A stretch of DNA of 63,958 nucleotides, counting the filler, from Diploschistes diacapsis (taxonomy: Eukaryota): the NCBI GenBank assembly GCA_023645945.1. It is 19 parts of 19 records of this genome, joined end to end, with 100 filler letters (N's around TTAATTAATTAA, not from the genome) between each part and the next. Parts side by side here need not be neighbours in the genome. Positions count along the whole stretch, not along the records: positions 9,539 to 29,911 come from JALAIB010000346.1; positions 30,012 to 31,272 come from JALAIB010003460.1; positions 31,373 to 32,633 come from JALAIB010003461.1; positions 32,734 to 33,994 come from JALAIB010003462.1; positions 34,095 to 35,354 come from JALAIB010003463.1; positions 35,455 to 36,714 come from JALAIB010003464.1; 13 more parts are not named here. One strand, given 5' to 3'. A model generated the notes under the pieces. It was not told the origin of the DNA and made no database searches. It saw only the letters and a program-made list of their open reading frames with translations. This document shows positions 23,256 through 36,814 of this stretch, piece after piece. The translations under genes were made by a program, and so were the position numbers. Numbering within the stretch: the first letter of the stretch is position 1; the number at the start of each line of letters is the position of its first letter.

Positions 23256-25961
23256 GCTTCCTGGTTGGATACTAGGACGATTGAAAGGATGAGCAAGGAA
23301 AGGGCGAGGGGGATCTGGCTATCCATGCAGAATATTCTTTTGCAGAGGAGTTCACCTACCACCGCTCTCAACTTCTCGACAGAATGCATGACTCTGCTTG
23401 CTATCCATTTGTCGACATCGGAGACTCGCGCGCATTGCTACCACCGCATTCATTAATTCCCTAAACTACGGTTACGCGTGGAATAATCCAGTGGATGTGG
23501 AGAGTAGGACTGTTAGCCTGAAGATCTGGCAATTATCGAAGAATCCTGGAGCTCTTTATCGTGGATGACGACCCGAAGGCGATTAGATTCTTCATCTAAC
23601 CAAGGGGAGAAATGTTGACCATGATCAAGTTGATCGTCATACTTTTTGAAAACCTCCGAAATATCATCCTTGACCACGGCGTAGACTTGGGGGTGATTTC
23701 GAACTGGTTCTGCGGATACCAGACCGCAACTGCTTCTCCAATCTACAAAGTTTTGAGATCTCAGGCCCTTATAATGATGAGCAAGGATCCCGTGTTATGT
23801 GGACCGCGCTTTTCTCGGCCATCGCACACAACCATCTCCGCCCGCTATACTAGTCTATTCTCCCACACAATTCACATGTTTTCGCAGGGGGCTGAGCCCT
23901 CATATCGCACCTCCCTCGTTATGAAAGATTCCGACGTCACGGCCGCGAACCTGGGGGGTTTTGTTTGCCCGTGCCCGAAGCTCGAGACTTCAGATTCATC
24001 CACGAGTACGACGCAGATCCAAACCCAGACGATGACTGCATGGGCCCTTGCAAACCGCTCCACGCTCGCCGAGCCCGACCGAGCCCCAGCTGTCATGGCC
24101 GACTCGCTCGCCGACATTCCAAATTCGCACTTCCATCACCTATTGGAAACACATCTGCCCCCTTCCAAACGAACCAGATCCGACAGACCACGAGCTTGGC
24201 CTCCTCAATTACTCGTCCTTTTACCGCTTCTCACCTCTGTCGATACACAATGGTACAATGCTCCTCCCCCTAGACCAAAACCCCTGATCCACCGTTACAA
24301 GGCACCTCCGCCTTGCTCACCCGCCGTCCCGCCTGCTCTACCTAGCCCGCGCATCCGTCTCGGTCCGATCGGATCTCCCACCGAGGGTGTGCACGCCCAC
24401 GTCGCGGCACTGCTGGAGGGAAGGAAGGCCGGGATTTGCGTGTCGAATTTGGAAGATATTAGGATTTACAGGAGCGTGCTGAGGGAGACCGGATCCCCAC
24501 GGCGCCGGAGTGGGGGCGTGTTGTGGAGCTGGGGATGCATGTTGTAGTGTGGGCGCGGAGGTTCTGTGGTGGTGTTGAGTCCATAGCTTCAGCGGGTCTA
24601 GGAGCGATTTAGGGGCATTGTGGTACGTGGATGCGGAATGGGAGGGATGATGGGAGGTTGGTGGAGGCCGATATTGTGGACGGGGATGTTGGGAAAAGAC
24701 GTGGAGGGAGGGAAGCGGGGAGGCAGCAAGGACTTCGAAGGTACAAGTCGTGGACCACATGTTGTCTTTGAGTTGAGCGGAGTATATGGGGTTTGCTTGA
24801 GAGAACTTCTTTATGTTACTACATGTTCATTGATGGTTTCTACAAGCTGTAGAGGAAGCCCGTCCGTGGATTCTAGCATGGAGGGTTTCCTTGGCGATCA
24901 AAAGGACTACTTCTTTACCTTTCCGTGGTCAATAAAATTCCCACTGTCCACTAAAACTCGAATGCTATACCCCGTTTGAGTGCAACTGGATTATCTCATG
25001 CCAGAATGCCCGTACAGAGGTACTTGCTCCCTCTTGGATGCAGTTAACCTATTCACTATCGGACATCATGGTGTAAAGGTACACTCCCGAAAGCCCCAAG
25101 ACCGCAAAAGCTTGGCTTGCTCTACCCCTCGGCTCAGCTGAGGGCTAGGTATTGGCCGACCACTCACAACCAGTACGTTGCAAGGCAATGGACACAGCCT
25201 TTCGATACAAAGTGTGCCTGACGCCAGCCAGCGAGGATTAGCACCCATATCAGAAGCAGATGTAGAGCTGGTCGCCGCAGCCAATACCCTCCCTCAATGA
25301 CAGCGCCAGCCCTCAAACAACACCACGAAACCGCCGTACGGAGGAAGCTCACGCTGCCTGCTCTCATTCATTCCTCCATGTCTGCAGAGCACCCATACCC
25401 AACAGCTTCGACCGGAGCCGAACGCAGCGGTCGCCGATGGCATTCCTCGCTGCGCGCCACTGATGGCGGGCGAGCCCGTAAATCTATCGTACCTGGCAAC
25501 AGCGACTTTGGAGTGCCGTGCCCTGCGCTTGACCCACCTCCAACACAAATCCGAGGAACAATGGCTCGTATACACGCAAGAACACACGACTAGATATGTA
25601 ATCCACGAAGCCTCCCAGACGCCGCGGATCACGTTCGAAAGAAGAGTTGTGGCGGTACAGAGACCGGCTAGGATGAGCAGTGGGAAGAGGAGTGGCGAAA
25701 ATGGGCCGCTGGAGGCCTTGAGGGAGAGGGTGGCTACGAGCCAGAGGGCAGCTGTAGGATATCCTGCCAGTCGGCGTATTGCCTGCGGTTCAAGCCAACT
25801 CAATACGTGATGAAGATCCTGCGGAGATAATGCCCACCAGGGCCGGGATCTACACAGACGCCTGGACACAAATTCTCTCAGTTTCGAGAACCACTCCTTC
25901 ACAGGTAGGTCAGGCCGCGTCGAGCACTTACCGCGCTCAGCACCCGAGTCAGCGCCCGCCT

Positions 25962-26608
25962 CTACCCGTCCCCCGCCCACCGGCCGCTACATTTCCACAT
26001 CGTCCCCGCAAGCGCCAGGACCGCAATCACCACATCCCCGACCAGCACCGCGCCCCCAATAAGAGTGCACCGCGGACACGCCATGTGGACCGTGAACTGC
26101 CTCGTGTCGAAGTCCCGCGTACACTTCGGACAATCCGCCCAGAACTGCAGCCATCTCTCCTCCCTTATCGTCAGCCTTGGGCTCCTCAATCTTCCGCTGC
26201 GCTCGATCTTTTTCTCCACGTTCTGCAAACTGCGTAGGGCAGCATACCGTAATGGCGGCTCGTGTGCCGCAGCCGTCCACTGCGCTCGCCCCACGGCTTG
26301 GGCGCCATGCAGCCCCATCAGGGAAAGTAGTTGGAGTGGGAGCTGGAACAAGGGATGGCGGGGTATGGATGAATCGCGGTGCGGGTCCGGTCGCAGCTGC
26401 TGAGAGCGCGGCAGAGGGATTGGTAGTCTTCGACGTGCTTGCCGGCGATGTGGCGGCGAAGAAGAAGCGGAGGAAGTGGCATGTGAGGGAAAGGGCTTGG
26501 GACGGATTTGTAGATTAGGTGGAGGAGATGGAGGAATTCAGGGGGAAGGGATAGGATAGAGACTTTAGGCGGAGGACGGAGGGTAGATGGAGACGCTGCT
26601 CCGGTCAA
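25962..26608 (-). pseudogene. Possible frameshifted F-box-like gene with C-terminal CxxC pairs
   Basis: SILSLPPEFLHL..IYK (F-box start) shifts frame into SLTCHFLR. The downstream frame has CPKC and CPRC. No continuous ORF. Confidence 0.35.
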
Positions 26609-27865
26609 TGGTGGGTGGAGACAAGTTCAGCAAAGGCTTGTGGAAAGGAAGCGGCATAGCTCTGCTATCGTGGTTGATTCACGAACGGAGGGCCATTGAG
26701 CTTTGCTTTACCAGAGCGGCTCGGCCTCGTGGAGAGCCTAATCTGTCCGAACGAGCTATCCAAGGTAGCAACGCGTTGATGCGGGTTTTGAAATTGCCCC
26801 AGAAGCATTATATGAGGTAAGATAAACATGAGGACAGGAAGGTTTGTGCGAGTTGAATATGGCTTAGCACATGATCCCAATTACATCTCATTGTGGCGGC
26901 AGCAGAGCTTACCCTATTTAAAGATACGAGAACAGATAAGATTCACCCGTAAGAGAAAGCAAAGCTTGCCAAATACTTGTTTCCGATCACCATGTTTCCA
27001 GAGTACACAGTCCGAGGAAAATTTCCACCATACGAAACACATCTGTTGGCAAGCCCATAATCGAGAAATTTTCAACTGGAAACTGGATCATAGTTCCAAT
27101 TCCACAGGGAAAGCAATAACTTCTTCTCCCGTGTTAGCTAGCTATGACAGATAAAAAGAGCGCCACTAGTTAAGAAAAGGGAAGAACTATAATAGCTCAT
27201 ACCCCCAGTGACAGGACAAAGTATTCAGGCAAGGTCATCCATCTGATATTTCTTCACTTCACAACACTTGTGGTCAAATTATCCAGTGTTAGGATGGGTA
27301 TCAAGAGTAGAAGGAAACGAAGAACTTACAAAATAACCGAGGGGGAGCATTTGCTTCATCTCCAACGATACAGGACTAGGGAAAGAATGGCAGTTCCACA
27401 AATCCTAACGCAGTGAAAGTCGAAGTCCCGAACGAGAGATAGCCCGGATTAATCGAAGTGATGGGCATCCCAAACTTCCATGCTCTAAGGATCGTCATAA
27501 CCCACGTTCCTCGAGGGAGTTACAGCGCATGACATGCCTACTTCCTACTTGTTCCGTTTGAGGAAGCAAACATTGTGTGAGTTGTACTTATGAAACGGCG
27601 CTGGCTCTGTTGATGGAATGAAGAACATGCTGATGTATAGCTGGTGCGTGTCCAATAGAATTATATACAGATGCGACGTGGCCATGTTTGTCAGAGTAAA
27701 AGCCGCTCTATAAATTCCTGTAGCAGAGCCTTTGGTTTGCCTTCCCTGAGACATAGTAGAATCCTAGACTTGTTGCAGTAAGGGTGAAGCCATCAGGGAA
27801 CAAAACTTGGAGCCACCATAGCTCCATACGCAGACTCACGGTACCGTGCTGTTCCGGCTTCAAAC

Positions 27866-28511
27866 ATGGGCGACGACGAAGTTGGTGATCGAGAAACTCC
27901 ACAGGAGGACCATGGGGTAGTAGATGAAGAAGAAGCACATGGATGGCAGCATGTACGAGATGATGGAATCGTACCTGCTCCAGGACCTGTGGTATTGCTC
28001 TCTCCTATATTTCTGTGTTCTGTAGAAGTGTACTTAAAATATCCAGATACCCATGTATGAGATGAGTCGTCAACTGCTTTTGGATGCCCAGCTACAAAAC
28101 AACGGTCTGCAAGCTTCACGACAGGTTCTCGAAGCGCTCAAAACCATTCTTGAGGACGATATGCTCGCCTCTCTAATGCCCTGGGATCTTACTCCAGATC
28201 AATTTGTAACAATAGGCACAGAAATTTCAGTCGTGCAAGCAGTGGATTTGAGGATCAGCGATCTGCCGGAATTAAGTCCTGCTGTCTTTCTGCAAGCGTG
28301 GGAGTGGTATAGCCGATTCGCTCAAGCCCAGAGGGACCTGGGGGACTCTGATTCCGCTTTAACTCAGCAGCAGCTGCGCGCAGCGCTGAATGACCCGGAT
28401 ATCTTCCATGACGAGGTTCCAAACAACGGGCCACTTGTCAATGTCACCGACGCGGAAGGCGTTGATAACGGCGAAGTTGATAGAGATGGGAATGGTGGCG
28501 TGGAGGGATAG
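27866..28511 (+). CDS. Hypothetical acidic protein (possibly frameshifted or 3' part of a decayed gene)
   Basis: A 152-aa ORF (28053-28511) with protein-like helical composition, overlapped by an upstream acidic ORF (27866-28060) in another frame. No family recognised. Confidence 0.35.
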
Positions 28512-29142
28512 ATCTGTCGTGACCGGACCATGCCTTGGGTCTGATGAAATGTGCGTATTATGCTAGTGTGCAACGACAGGTATGCGAGTATGTTGATAGT
28601 ATGCCGTTCCAAATCTTGAGCTTGAGACCAGCTTACAGAGAACAGCAAAGTGCTTGTTTATCGATTTACTTCGAAAATTGAATATTGTCATGCTGCTAAC
28701 GGTAATGTCACATATATGTCCTCCTTGATGAAGGAAACAGTATACATAAGCACAATCAAGCACCTCTTTATCGTATTACCGGAGGAAACTTCAATAGTAA
28801 GCTGGATTTGAAAGTGATAGTAAATATTCTAATCAACATTAGCTCTTAGCTTGGGATTCGATCTTGATATGGATCACCGTTGCAAGAAAAGGGAATGAGT
28901 GTGGTTCACATTGCTGCTGTATGTCATCGGTGTAGGTACTGATGGCCCGGTGAGGTCGAAAGTCATATCTAAGAACCGTAGCTAGGTTCCTTCGAGGTAA
29001 CAAGAGATAAAGACCAAAGCCTCTAACTTCTGGCGCCTTGGTGCCGTTAACGCAGACTGGATTGGCTGAATCTGCAACGGCAAGCCTGCGTATTGTGAAG
29101 ATAGTAGTGATGCATGTTGTGCTACCCAGTCTCATGCCTTCT

Positions 29143-29727
29143 TCATTCGAATGTGAAAAGTTTCCCCTCCTCCTGAAGCCGCTTCAGTACCTCCTGCGTT
29201 GTTTTAGTCTCCCCACAAAGCTTTTCAAACCCATGGATTCCCTCCTCATGCTGTTTCTTCGACGCTGTCCCACACGCGTCCTCCACAAATTACGTCTCAA
29301 AGCCCCTACAAAACGCACTTTTCGCCGTAGTCTCGCAGCAAAAGTCGGTCAAGCAGCCCGAGATCACGACCTTCTCCACACCTCTATCTCGCAATATTTC
29401 CTCCAGATCTGTATTGATGAAAGCGTCGTAAGAGTTTTTGGGGCTTACAAGCACGGCATCATGTTTAGCCGCTTCAATCTCTGGGAGGAACTTCCAGGCG
29501 GCGCTGCCGATTGCAATCGAGTTCGCAGGACCCCAGCGCCGCACGATCTGGTTGGGTATTTTGCCCGAGAGCTCGTCCTCGCTGTGGCCGTGTTGTGTGA
29601 AGGCCGTCACAGTCGGGGTTTTTGACTCTTTGAAAGCTGTGATGAGCTTGAGGATGTTTGGGAGCGGCTTTTGGAGCTCAAAATTGAAGAAGAATTGGCA
29701 GTCGATTACCAGTAGTGCCGTAGCCAT
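29143..29727 (-). pseudogene. Isochorismatase/cysteine hydrolase family gene with one in-frame TAA (29290-29292)
   Basis: MATALLVIDCQ, KNSYDAF and SGCLTDFCCETTAKSAF supply the Asp/Lys/Cys triad. The frame reads RGFET*FVEDACGTASKKQHEEG..., then ends at TGA 29143-29145. Confidence 0.85.
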
Positions 29728-30116
29728 ACTTACAGTGATGCTAGATTTGATTGTCTGTCTTAACCATGGGGACAAGAACTTAGGAAACTTAAGATGAAGT
29801 CCCGGTTCATAAGGCCTAAAAGTGACATGAATGACGTAGTGAGCAGTCACGGTACATTGAGATCGGCAGCGTCCCTTCGAGACAGGCCCCCAACCTACCA
29901 TCTACTCCCACNNNNNNNNNNNNNNNNNNNNNNNNNNNNNNNNNNNNNNNNNNNNTTAATTAATTAANNNNNNNNNNNNNNNNNNNNNNNNNNNNNNNNN
30001 NNNNNNNNNNNTAACGTAATCGGTACCCGCGCTCGTGTCCGTACTAATTACCGGGAAACGTAATTTCAATAAACGATTAAACGTAATAAAATAAATATAA
30101 ATTCGAACTCATAACC

Positions 30117-30355
30117 TATTTAACAACGTAATGGATATATTAAAGTTTAAAAATCTTCTTTAAAAGATTATCCTACTTTATAAACTTTTATTTTCGTAGG
30201 ATACGCTAAGCCCTATTACTTACACTATTCTTTAATCGGTCTAGTTGGAATTCTAGGAGATTTAGTTAAACTGAACCTCGGAGTTCAGCTAAACTGAACC
30301 TCCTTCTGGAACTCAGTCGAACTCCCAGCCATGCCTTCTGCCTGTCTGCTCAACA
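30117..30355 (-). mobile_element. Copia-family LTR (solo or detached)
   Basis: Homologous to 3156-3370 and 33149-33370. Ends CTGCTCAACA, which is TGTTGAGCAG on the minus strand. Confidence 0.8.
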
Positions 30356-30859
30356 GAATGATATAAGTAATTCGATTTTTCGGGACGGCGAGCTTATCGT
30401 TGATTTATAGTAAGGTCCCGTCCGTTCTATAAGCGTTCAGTCGGTTGTTATAAAAGGACCCGATAATTATTTTTTTATTTAATTTGATTTTGATTTTATT
30501 AAATGTTTGATTCCGGCGATTGGTATTTCTTATTTCTTTAATTATCGTCGAGGTATTATCCGCGGGGGTAGCTTCGGTAATAGGAATAGGTATTTCGATA
30601 ATATTCGAGTCGTTTGTGACTACTTTTAACGTCTTAAAAGCGTTATCTGTTTTATTTAGGACCTGTAGGTTTAAATCTTGCTTAATTTTTTCGAAAGATT
30701 ATTCGGGCTTAATCAACATTTATTACATATAAAGGTCCTTTTTAGCTTTAGGAGCTTCGTTCGTGTTAAGTTTTCTTATTAGTAGATCGGTTTTTATGTT
30801 TTTTATTTCGAGGCGATATTAAATCTTAAAGTTAAATTAAGATAAGAATTTAGTTCAGC

Positions 30860-31272
30860 GGCTTTGCCTACGGTTTAACTGCTTATTCGTGGTGAAATAT
30901 TCGAGGACCTTGTGATCGGTTAATATTAAAATAGGTTAATTAATTAAAAAGATTAGTAACTCGGGTTTCTATTTCTCGAAATATTTAATTATAACGAATG
31001 TTTTTTGATCGTAAATCGCATAATTGCGTTACGCGGGATCTATGTTTTTAAATAAATAGGCGACGGGTTATAATAAACCGTTATCGGTTTTTTAGAATAA
31101 GATACTTTTAATAATAACGTCGCTGGCGTTATATTTTATCAAGAATCGTTTATTAAGATCGAAGTGCGTTATTATAAATTCGAAGGACACGGCTTTCTTT
31201 AAAGTATTAAATATTTATATTTTGTTATTTCTTTAAACTCCCGTTGTGTCTATCTTAGTTAAATTATAAAGG
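30860..31272 (-). mobile_element. Gypsy pol RNase H remnant, RIP-mutated
   Basis: Minus-strand translation PA*RNYAIYDQKTFVIIKYFEK*KPEL...TDHKVLEYF matches Gypsy AERNYxIYDKELLAI..WRxxL..TDH. Confidence 0.8.
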
Positions 31273-31372
31273 NNNNNNNNNNNNNNNNNNNNNNNNNNNN
31301 NNNNNNNNNNNNNNNNTTAATTAATTAANNNNNNNNNNNNNNNNNNNNNNNNNNNNNNNNNNNNNNNNNNNN

Positions 31373-31630
31373 ATTTTATTCCAGATACCTCGAACCAGCA
31401 CACATAGACACACCTTTACAGGAAACATTCTACTTCGAACCAAATAATAAAAACGAATATGAAATCGAAACAGTAATCTATTATAAAAACAATAAATACT
31501 TAATTAAGTAAAAATGCTATCTAGAATCAGATATAACATAAGAATTTAAAAAGAACCTAAAGAACTATAAGACAAAATCAACGAAATTTTACGATACGAA
31601 CGGACTTATTATTAAGAATAATTAGGATTA
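31373..31630 (+). mobile_element. Chromovirus integrase C-terminal chromodomain, RIP-mutated
   Basis: EYEIETVI...KYLIK*KCYLESDIT*EFKKNL matches the chromodomain YLIKWKGY..SxxTWEP..NL, with both TGG codons changed to TAA. Confidence 0.8.
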
Positions 31631-32405
31631 AGGATAGAAAGTTTATAGAACATACGTACATCTGATATAAAAATAAATCTAACGAAACTGTAAAGGATAA
31701 AATGCAGTAGTGTGGTAGTAATGGTCATAGTATTCATGAACTAATCTCTAGAGAAGAAAGTAGGAGACTTCCTATTGAAAACTCCTCTTATGTGGGTCCG
31801 CGGCCTTGGCGCGGTGTTAGAACTAAGGTCTTCGGCTCGCCCGGAAGATTATCATAGGTATCTATTATAATTACCTTTTTCTTTCTTAGTTTTAGATTTC
31901 CAGAATCGTTGTTCACGCTTATTTAAGAATTCCCGTAAAGGTCTCGATATATTTCCGCTAATTCCGCGGAACGTAACGGATATAAATCTGCCGTTAAACG
32001 GAAAATTTACCGACACGACCTTGATTAATTAATATACGAATCGATATCGGTTTTTAAATACACGGAACGCGGGTATAAGTCACGTATATTTATAGGTTAT
32101 AGTATATAACGGTTTTGTAAAATAAACATATTAATAAAATAAATCCTTTTATTTCCTAATAATTCTTGATAGCTCGTATAATTCTTATATTTTTCTTATT
32201 TTTTCATCTTTAAATATAGTTTAAATAAATTAAGAATCCTTTAAATAGAATTATTATAAAATTTTTTTTAAAAGCATTTCTGCCCCGTTTAGTATACGTA
32301 TATCTCGCGATGGAGCTCCGGAAGGTTAACGATCGATATTAATAGAAAACGATCCAATTTCAGTCGAAAATTCTTTCTATGGCCTGTTATTTGGCTTGTG
32401 CCCGG

Positions 32406-32633
32406 TGTTACGATCCAAGGTACTAGGCGGTAGTACTTGGCACGCAACAGCTAGTCGGGCACTTCCCAACCATTCCTTGTATATAGTCTAATTAGGGTGA
32501 CACGGGTCACGTGACGAGTAAAAAGTCTGGGAGACCATTCTATCCAGTCGTGGGTAGAAAGGGAGAACGGTAATTTTATTTATTTATTTATTTTATTAAG
32601 GAAGCTGTTAATTATATAAGAACGTCGTTATGG
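32406..32633 (+). mobile_element. LTR family A
   Basis: TGTTACGATCCAAGGTACTAG start shared with 34576, 40514 and (inverted) 2883. Confidence 0.85.
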
Positions 32634-33148
32634 NNNNNNNNNNNNNNNNNNNNNNNNNNNNNNNNNNNNNNNNNNNNTTAATTAATTAANNNNNNNNNNN
32701 NNNNNNNNNNNNNNNNNNNNNNNNNNNNNNNNNATTTATCGATTATTTAATCATTTGAACAATATTTCGAAAAAAGTAATTCGATTAATCGAATTTTTAT
32801 TCGTGAAAATTTTTATGTAATTAAAAACTATATTTTTGAAACGAGAAATTATATACGTTATCTTATTACGATTATATACTTTCATATGTCGATCGAGTAT
32901 ATATAATTTATCCTTTATTTCCCGGATCGTTCTAAGGTTTTAATTATAAAAAACAATTTAGAAACGATAAGCTAGCTTCTTTCTTATATTTAATACTTAA
33001 TCTTCCTCGGGGATCCTTACCTCGATTATAAATACCGTGAACTAAATTAGAAATTCGTTAAATTCGTTATTACTTTATTATAACTTCCGGTAATCATCTT
33101 TAACAATTAATCGGGTATTTTTATTTATTTATCGGTTATTTAATCGTT

Positions 33149-33994
33149 CGTTTTGGGCAACGCATGTATTGAAGTCTAGATATCTAGAGATCTAACTAGA
33201 AGGAATAGTCTACATGTAAACTCTTATACCAATAGGATCCACTAAGCCCTATAGACTTGCACTACTCCCGATTAAGATTAACAGGAACCCCAATAGGTTC
33301 AGCCGAACTGAACCTGAACCTAAAATTCAGCTAAACTTCCCAGCCATGCATTCTACCTGCCTGCTCAACACTCCCCCACGGACGGAACCATCGGCATGTT
33401 CACCTAATCCAGCTAAATGCCTTCTATACTAATCCAAGTCCTTTAACGAACATATCATATTTAATATAATTCAATGATTTTATTAATTCGTCGGCAATTA
33501 TCTTATCTATAAATATATAAATAACATTAATACGGCCTCGTTTAACTAAATCCCGTATATAATAATAAACAATATCAATATATTTTAATCTATCGTTAAT
33601 TCTCGCGTGCTTTATTAATTTAAAAAACCTCTATTATCTCTTAATAATTTAATAATAAATAAAGATGATCTTATAAATTCTAAATATCCAATATCTTTCA
33701 AAAACTATACGTACCATACGGCCTACTTTACGGCATATAATAATCTAATATATTCAGCTTTAATTATCGAAATAAAAACTGAACTTTATTTCTTGCTTAT
33801 TTATGATATTAGGCCACTACATAACTAAAAGATGTATCCATACGTAAACTTCCGGTCTACTTTATCTCCCTCGTAATCTATATTAGAATATTTTCGTAAC
33901 TTTAAAAGTTTAGATTTAGATTTAATTAAAAACTAAACCTTCGTATCTTTAATCGTTCGAATATAACGAAATAGTCTCTTAAATACATATAAAT
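33149..33994 (-). mobile_element. Copia 3' end (RNase H, PPT GTGGGGGAG, LTR)
   Basis: The minus strand reads KHIDIVYYYIRDLV and IADELIKSL remnants. The PPT immediately precedes TGTTGAGCAG. Paralogue of 3156-3990. Confidence 0.85.
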
Positions 33995-34575
33995 NNNNNN
34001 NNNNNNNNNNNNNNNNNNNNNNNNNNNNNNNNNNNNNNTTAATTAATTAANNNNNNNNNNNNNNNNNNNNNNNNNNNNNNNNNNNNNNNNNNNNGTATTT
34101 TATAATAGCCATCTTTATAATAGAAGTAGCAAATAATAGAACGACCGTTAGATATAAAACTCTAAAATATTTTATTCTAATTAAACTAAACGGGCGAAAA
34201 ACGAATTATTTAAAACTAATAGGACCTATTAAGAATTAAATAAGACGCGTTAAGAACAAAAGGCCGATATAAACCGTTAATAACGAACGTATAATTGATT
34301 TACGCGTTTAGAATTATATTTTTAAAATTTCTTATTATTCTTTTTTTCTTTTTTTTAAATATGTTTTTATTCTTCTTTATAAACTTATTTATAAGATCTT
34401 TAAAAGAGTCCTTTTAATTATTTATAAATTCTATATTATCGACCTTATTCTTCTTATTTATTAATAACGTATATTTCTTCGAATTATATTATCTATCGAA
34501 AATGTCTTACATAAATCCAATATTTTTTTAAGATCGAAAGATACGAAAACTAAAATTTCTATTATATTACCTTCG

Positions 34576-34900
34576 TGTTACGATCCAAGGTACTAGTCGG
34601 TAGTACTTAGCACGCAACAGCTAGTCGGGCACTTCCCAACCATTCTTTATATATAGACCAACCACGGACCTAAAATTACGTAACTAATAAACTTCCGTTA
34701 AGCAGACATTTATCAAGAACAGATCTATCGAAACAAATATTTATTAATAATAGATCTATTACGACAGCTTTATTATCGATAACTAACTATCGCTTTAAAC
34801 TATATAAGAACGTCGCCGTGGCCTCTATAAATCCAGAATATATTCACTTTCATAAACATCCCTAATTATTACTCGAGATCAATCTATATTCGTTACTTCT
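34576..34900 (+). mobile_element. LTR family A variant
   Basis: Same first ~80 nt as 32406, a different middle section, then rejoins at TATATAAGAACGTCG. The right boundary is approximate. Confidence 0.75.
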
Positions 34901-35454
34901 ATCCTTAAAAAACCTTCTTTCTAAAAACAGTTTAAGATTTATAATTGCTTTACCTTCTTCTCCTACTTATACTTTTCTTTTAATAAAAACCAAACCCACC
35001 TTAATTCTACTCGTGTATATCTTATATAAATAAAAATCATAACACTTAAACACCCTTAAAAATAAATATCTTAAATAATATAACCGGGCGATCGTTATCG
35101 ATAATTAGATCCGTATTATTTCGAATATTTAAGATAATAACGCTATTAGATAAAACCGATATCCCGATAATAGATATTATAGAAACTAAAAACGACGATT
35201 TCGGAAGTAATAATAAACCCGACGAAAATAAATCGTATAAAAAACCTATTATAAAAACTATAAAGCTAATAACGTTCTACGGAAATCGAAAGAAATTAAA
35301 ACATTAGATACTTTAATTTTCAATATACTTCTATTAGAACCCGTACTTTATAAANNNNNNNNNNNNNNNNNNNNNNNNNNNNNNNNNNNNNNNNNNNNTT
35401 AATTAATTAANNNNNNNNNNNNNNNNNNNNNNNNNNNNNNNNNNNNNNNNNNNN

Positions 35455-35930
35455 ACGTATTAACTACCGAATAAGAACTTATAAACGACATATTACGCGA
35501 TATCTTAAACGAATACGTTATTTCATACTTAAACGATATTTTAGTCTACTTTAATAAAACATTCGAGGATCATTAATAAAAAGTTAAGAAAATGTTTCGA
35601 CGATTCGACAGATACGAACTTCGCTTAAAACCAAAAAAATACGTATTCCACAAAATAAAAATTAATTTCTTAAGATACTTTATAAAACGAAAACACGTCA
35701 AAATCGACCCGAAGAAAATATAATCGATTCTTAAATAACTAATCCTAAAGAACGTAAAAGATATTTAATCTTTTTTAAGATTCGTTAATTATAATCGATA
35801 ATTTATTAAAAATTATTCGAAAATAATAAAACCATTAATAAAACTCATTAAAAAAGATTTATCTTACAAATAAACACAAAATCAAGAACAAATCTTTCGA
35901 AAGTTTAAAAACCTAACGATCAACGTACCT
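35455..35930 (+). mobile_element. Gypsy reverse transcriptase fragment, RIP-mutated
   Basis: INDILRDILNEYVISYLNDILVY (YLDD mutated to YLND)...LKPKKYVFH..INFLRYFI. Interrupted near 35933 by a GC-richer LTR-like insert. Confidence 0.85.
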
Positions 35931-36814
35931 ATTATAAACACAAGGCGCGCCGTCTAGGGAGACTTCCCCTGCTGTAGTAGGTAGGTAGTCGTAGGGGGTG
36001 TAGTAGGGGAATGTAGTGTGATCTCGTAGTCAACAGCATACCTAGGTAGGACATTTGTGAGGTGTAGGATGCATGGATTGTCTAGAGCTACCTAGCAGGC
36101 CTTTTTAAATGGAGCTGCCTTATAAGGACCACCTTTATTAAATCTGCGGCCTACTTTTATGTTTATATACGATCCCCTTCTTAACAATTCGCTATCTTAT
36201 AATGAACTCTATATAAATTTTATTAATAAGAAATCTCTATTTTTTTATTTTTGTATCTTAATGTAGTTTTTTACTTCTCCGGTAACTGAAATATTTAGAA
36301 ATTTATTATCTTTAACGTTCCTTTTTTGACGTAAGCGTGTTTCTGGACCTATTTTTTTGTATTTTACTTTCTAAACATAACTAGATAGAAGGACGGTGTC
36401 TATTTAAAGACATCTTTATTTCCGATTGTATTCATATTATCCGTAAATGCTTCGCCCGATAGGTATAATTAGTAACACGTTCTATAGTCTTCTTTCTTTT
36501 CTTTCAATTTCTTTCCTTTCGTCACGATCAGCAAGAATTTAATTATATATAAATATAGAAAAATAAGTAAGCAAATAAATCATATAAAAAAAATAAATAA
36601 ATAAATTAGGCGGAAAAGCAAGAATATTATAAAACTAATAAATAAAATAAACAACCGCCTAAGTAATAAATAGTTCCCTATTATAGGCCTTTAGGGCCTT
36701 ATGATATTTATTTCNNNNNNNNNNNNNNNNNNNNNNNNNNNNNNNNNNNNNNNNNNNNTTAATTAATTAANNNNNNNNNNNNNNNNNNNNNNNNNNNNNN
36801 NNNNNNNNNNNNNN

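Noticed and set aside
23612..24547. 311-aa ORF
   Set aside because: No domain similarity, patchwork composition, and it lies in the decayed region. Not supportable as a gene.
10261..29727. Possible metabolic cluster of the P450 and the isochorismatase
   Set aside because: They are 17 kb apart, separated by housekeeping RAS1 and GYP7, with no backbone synthase gene.
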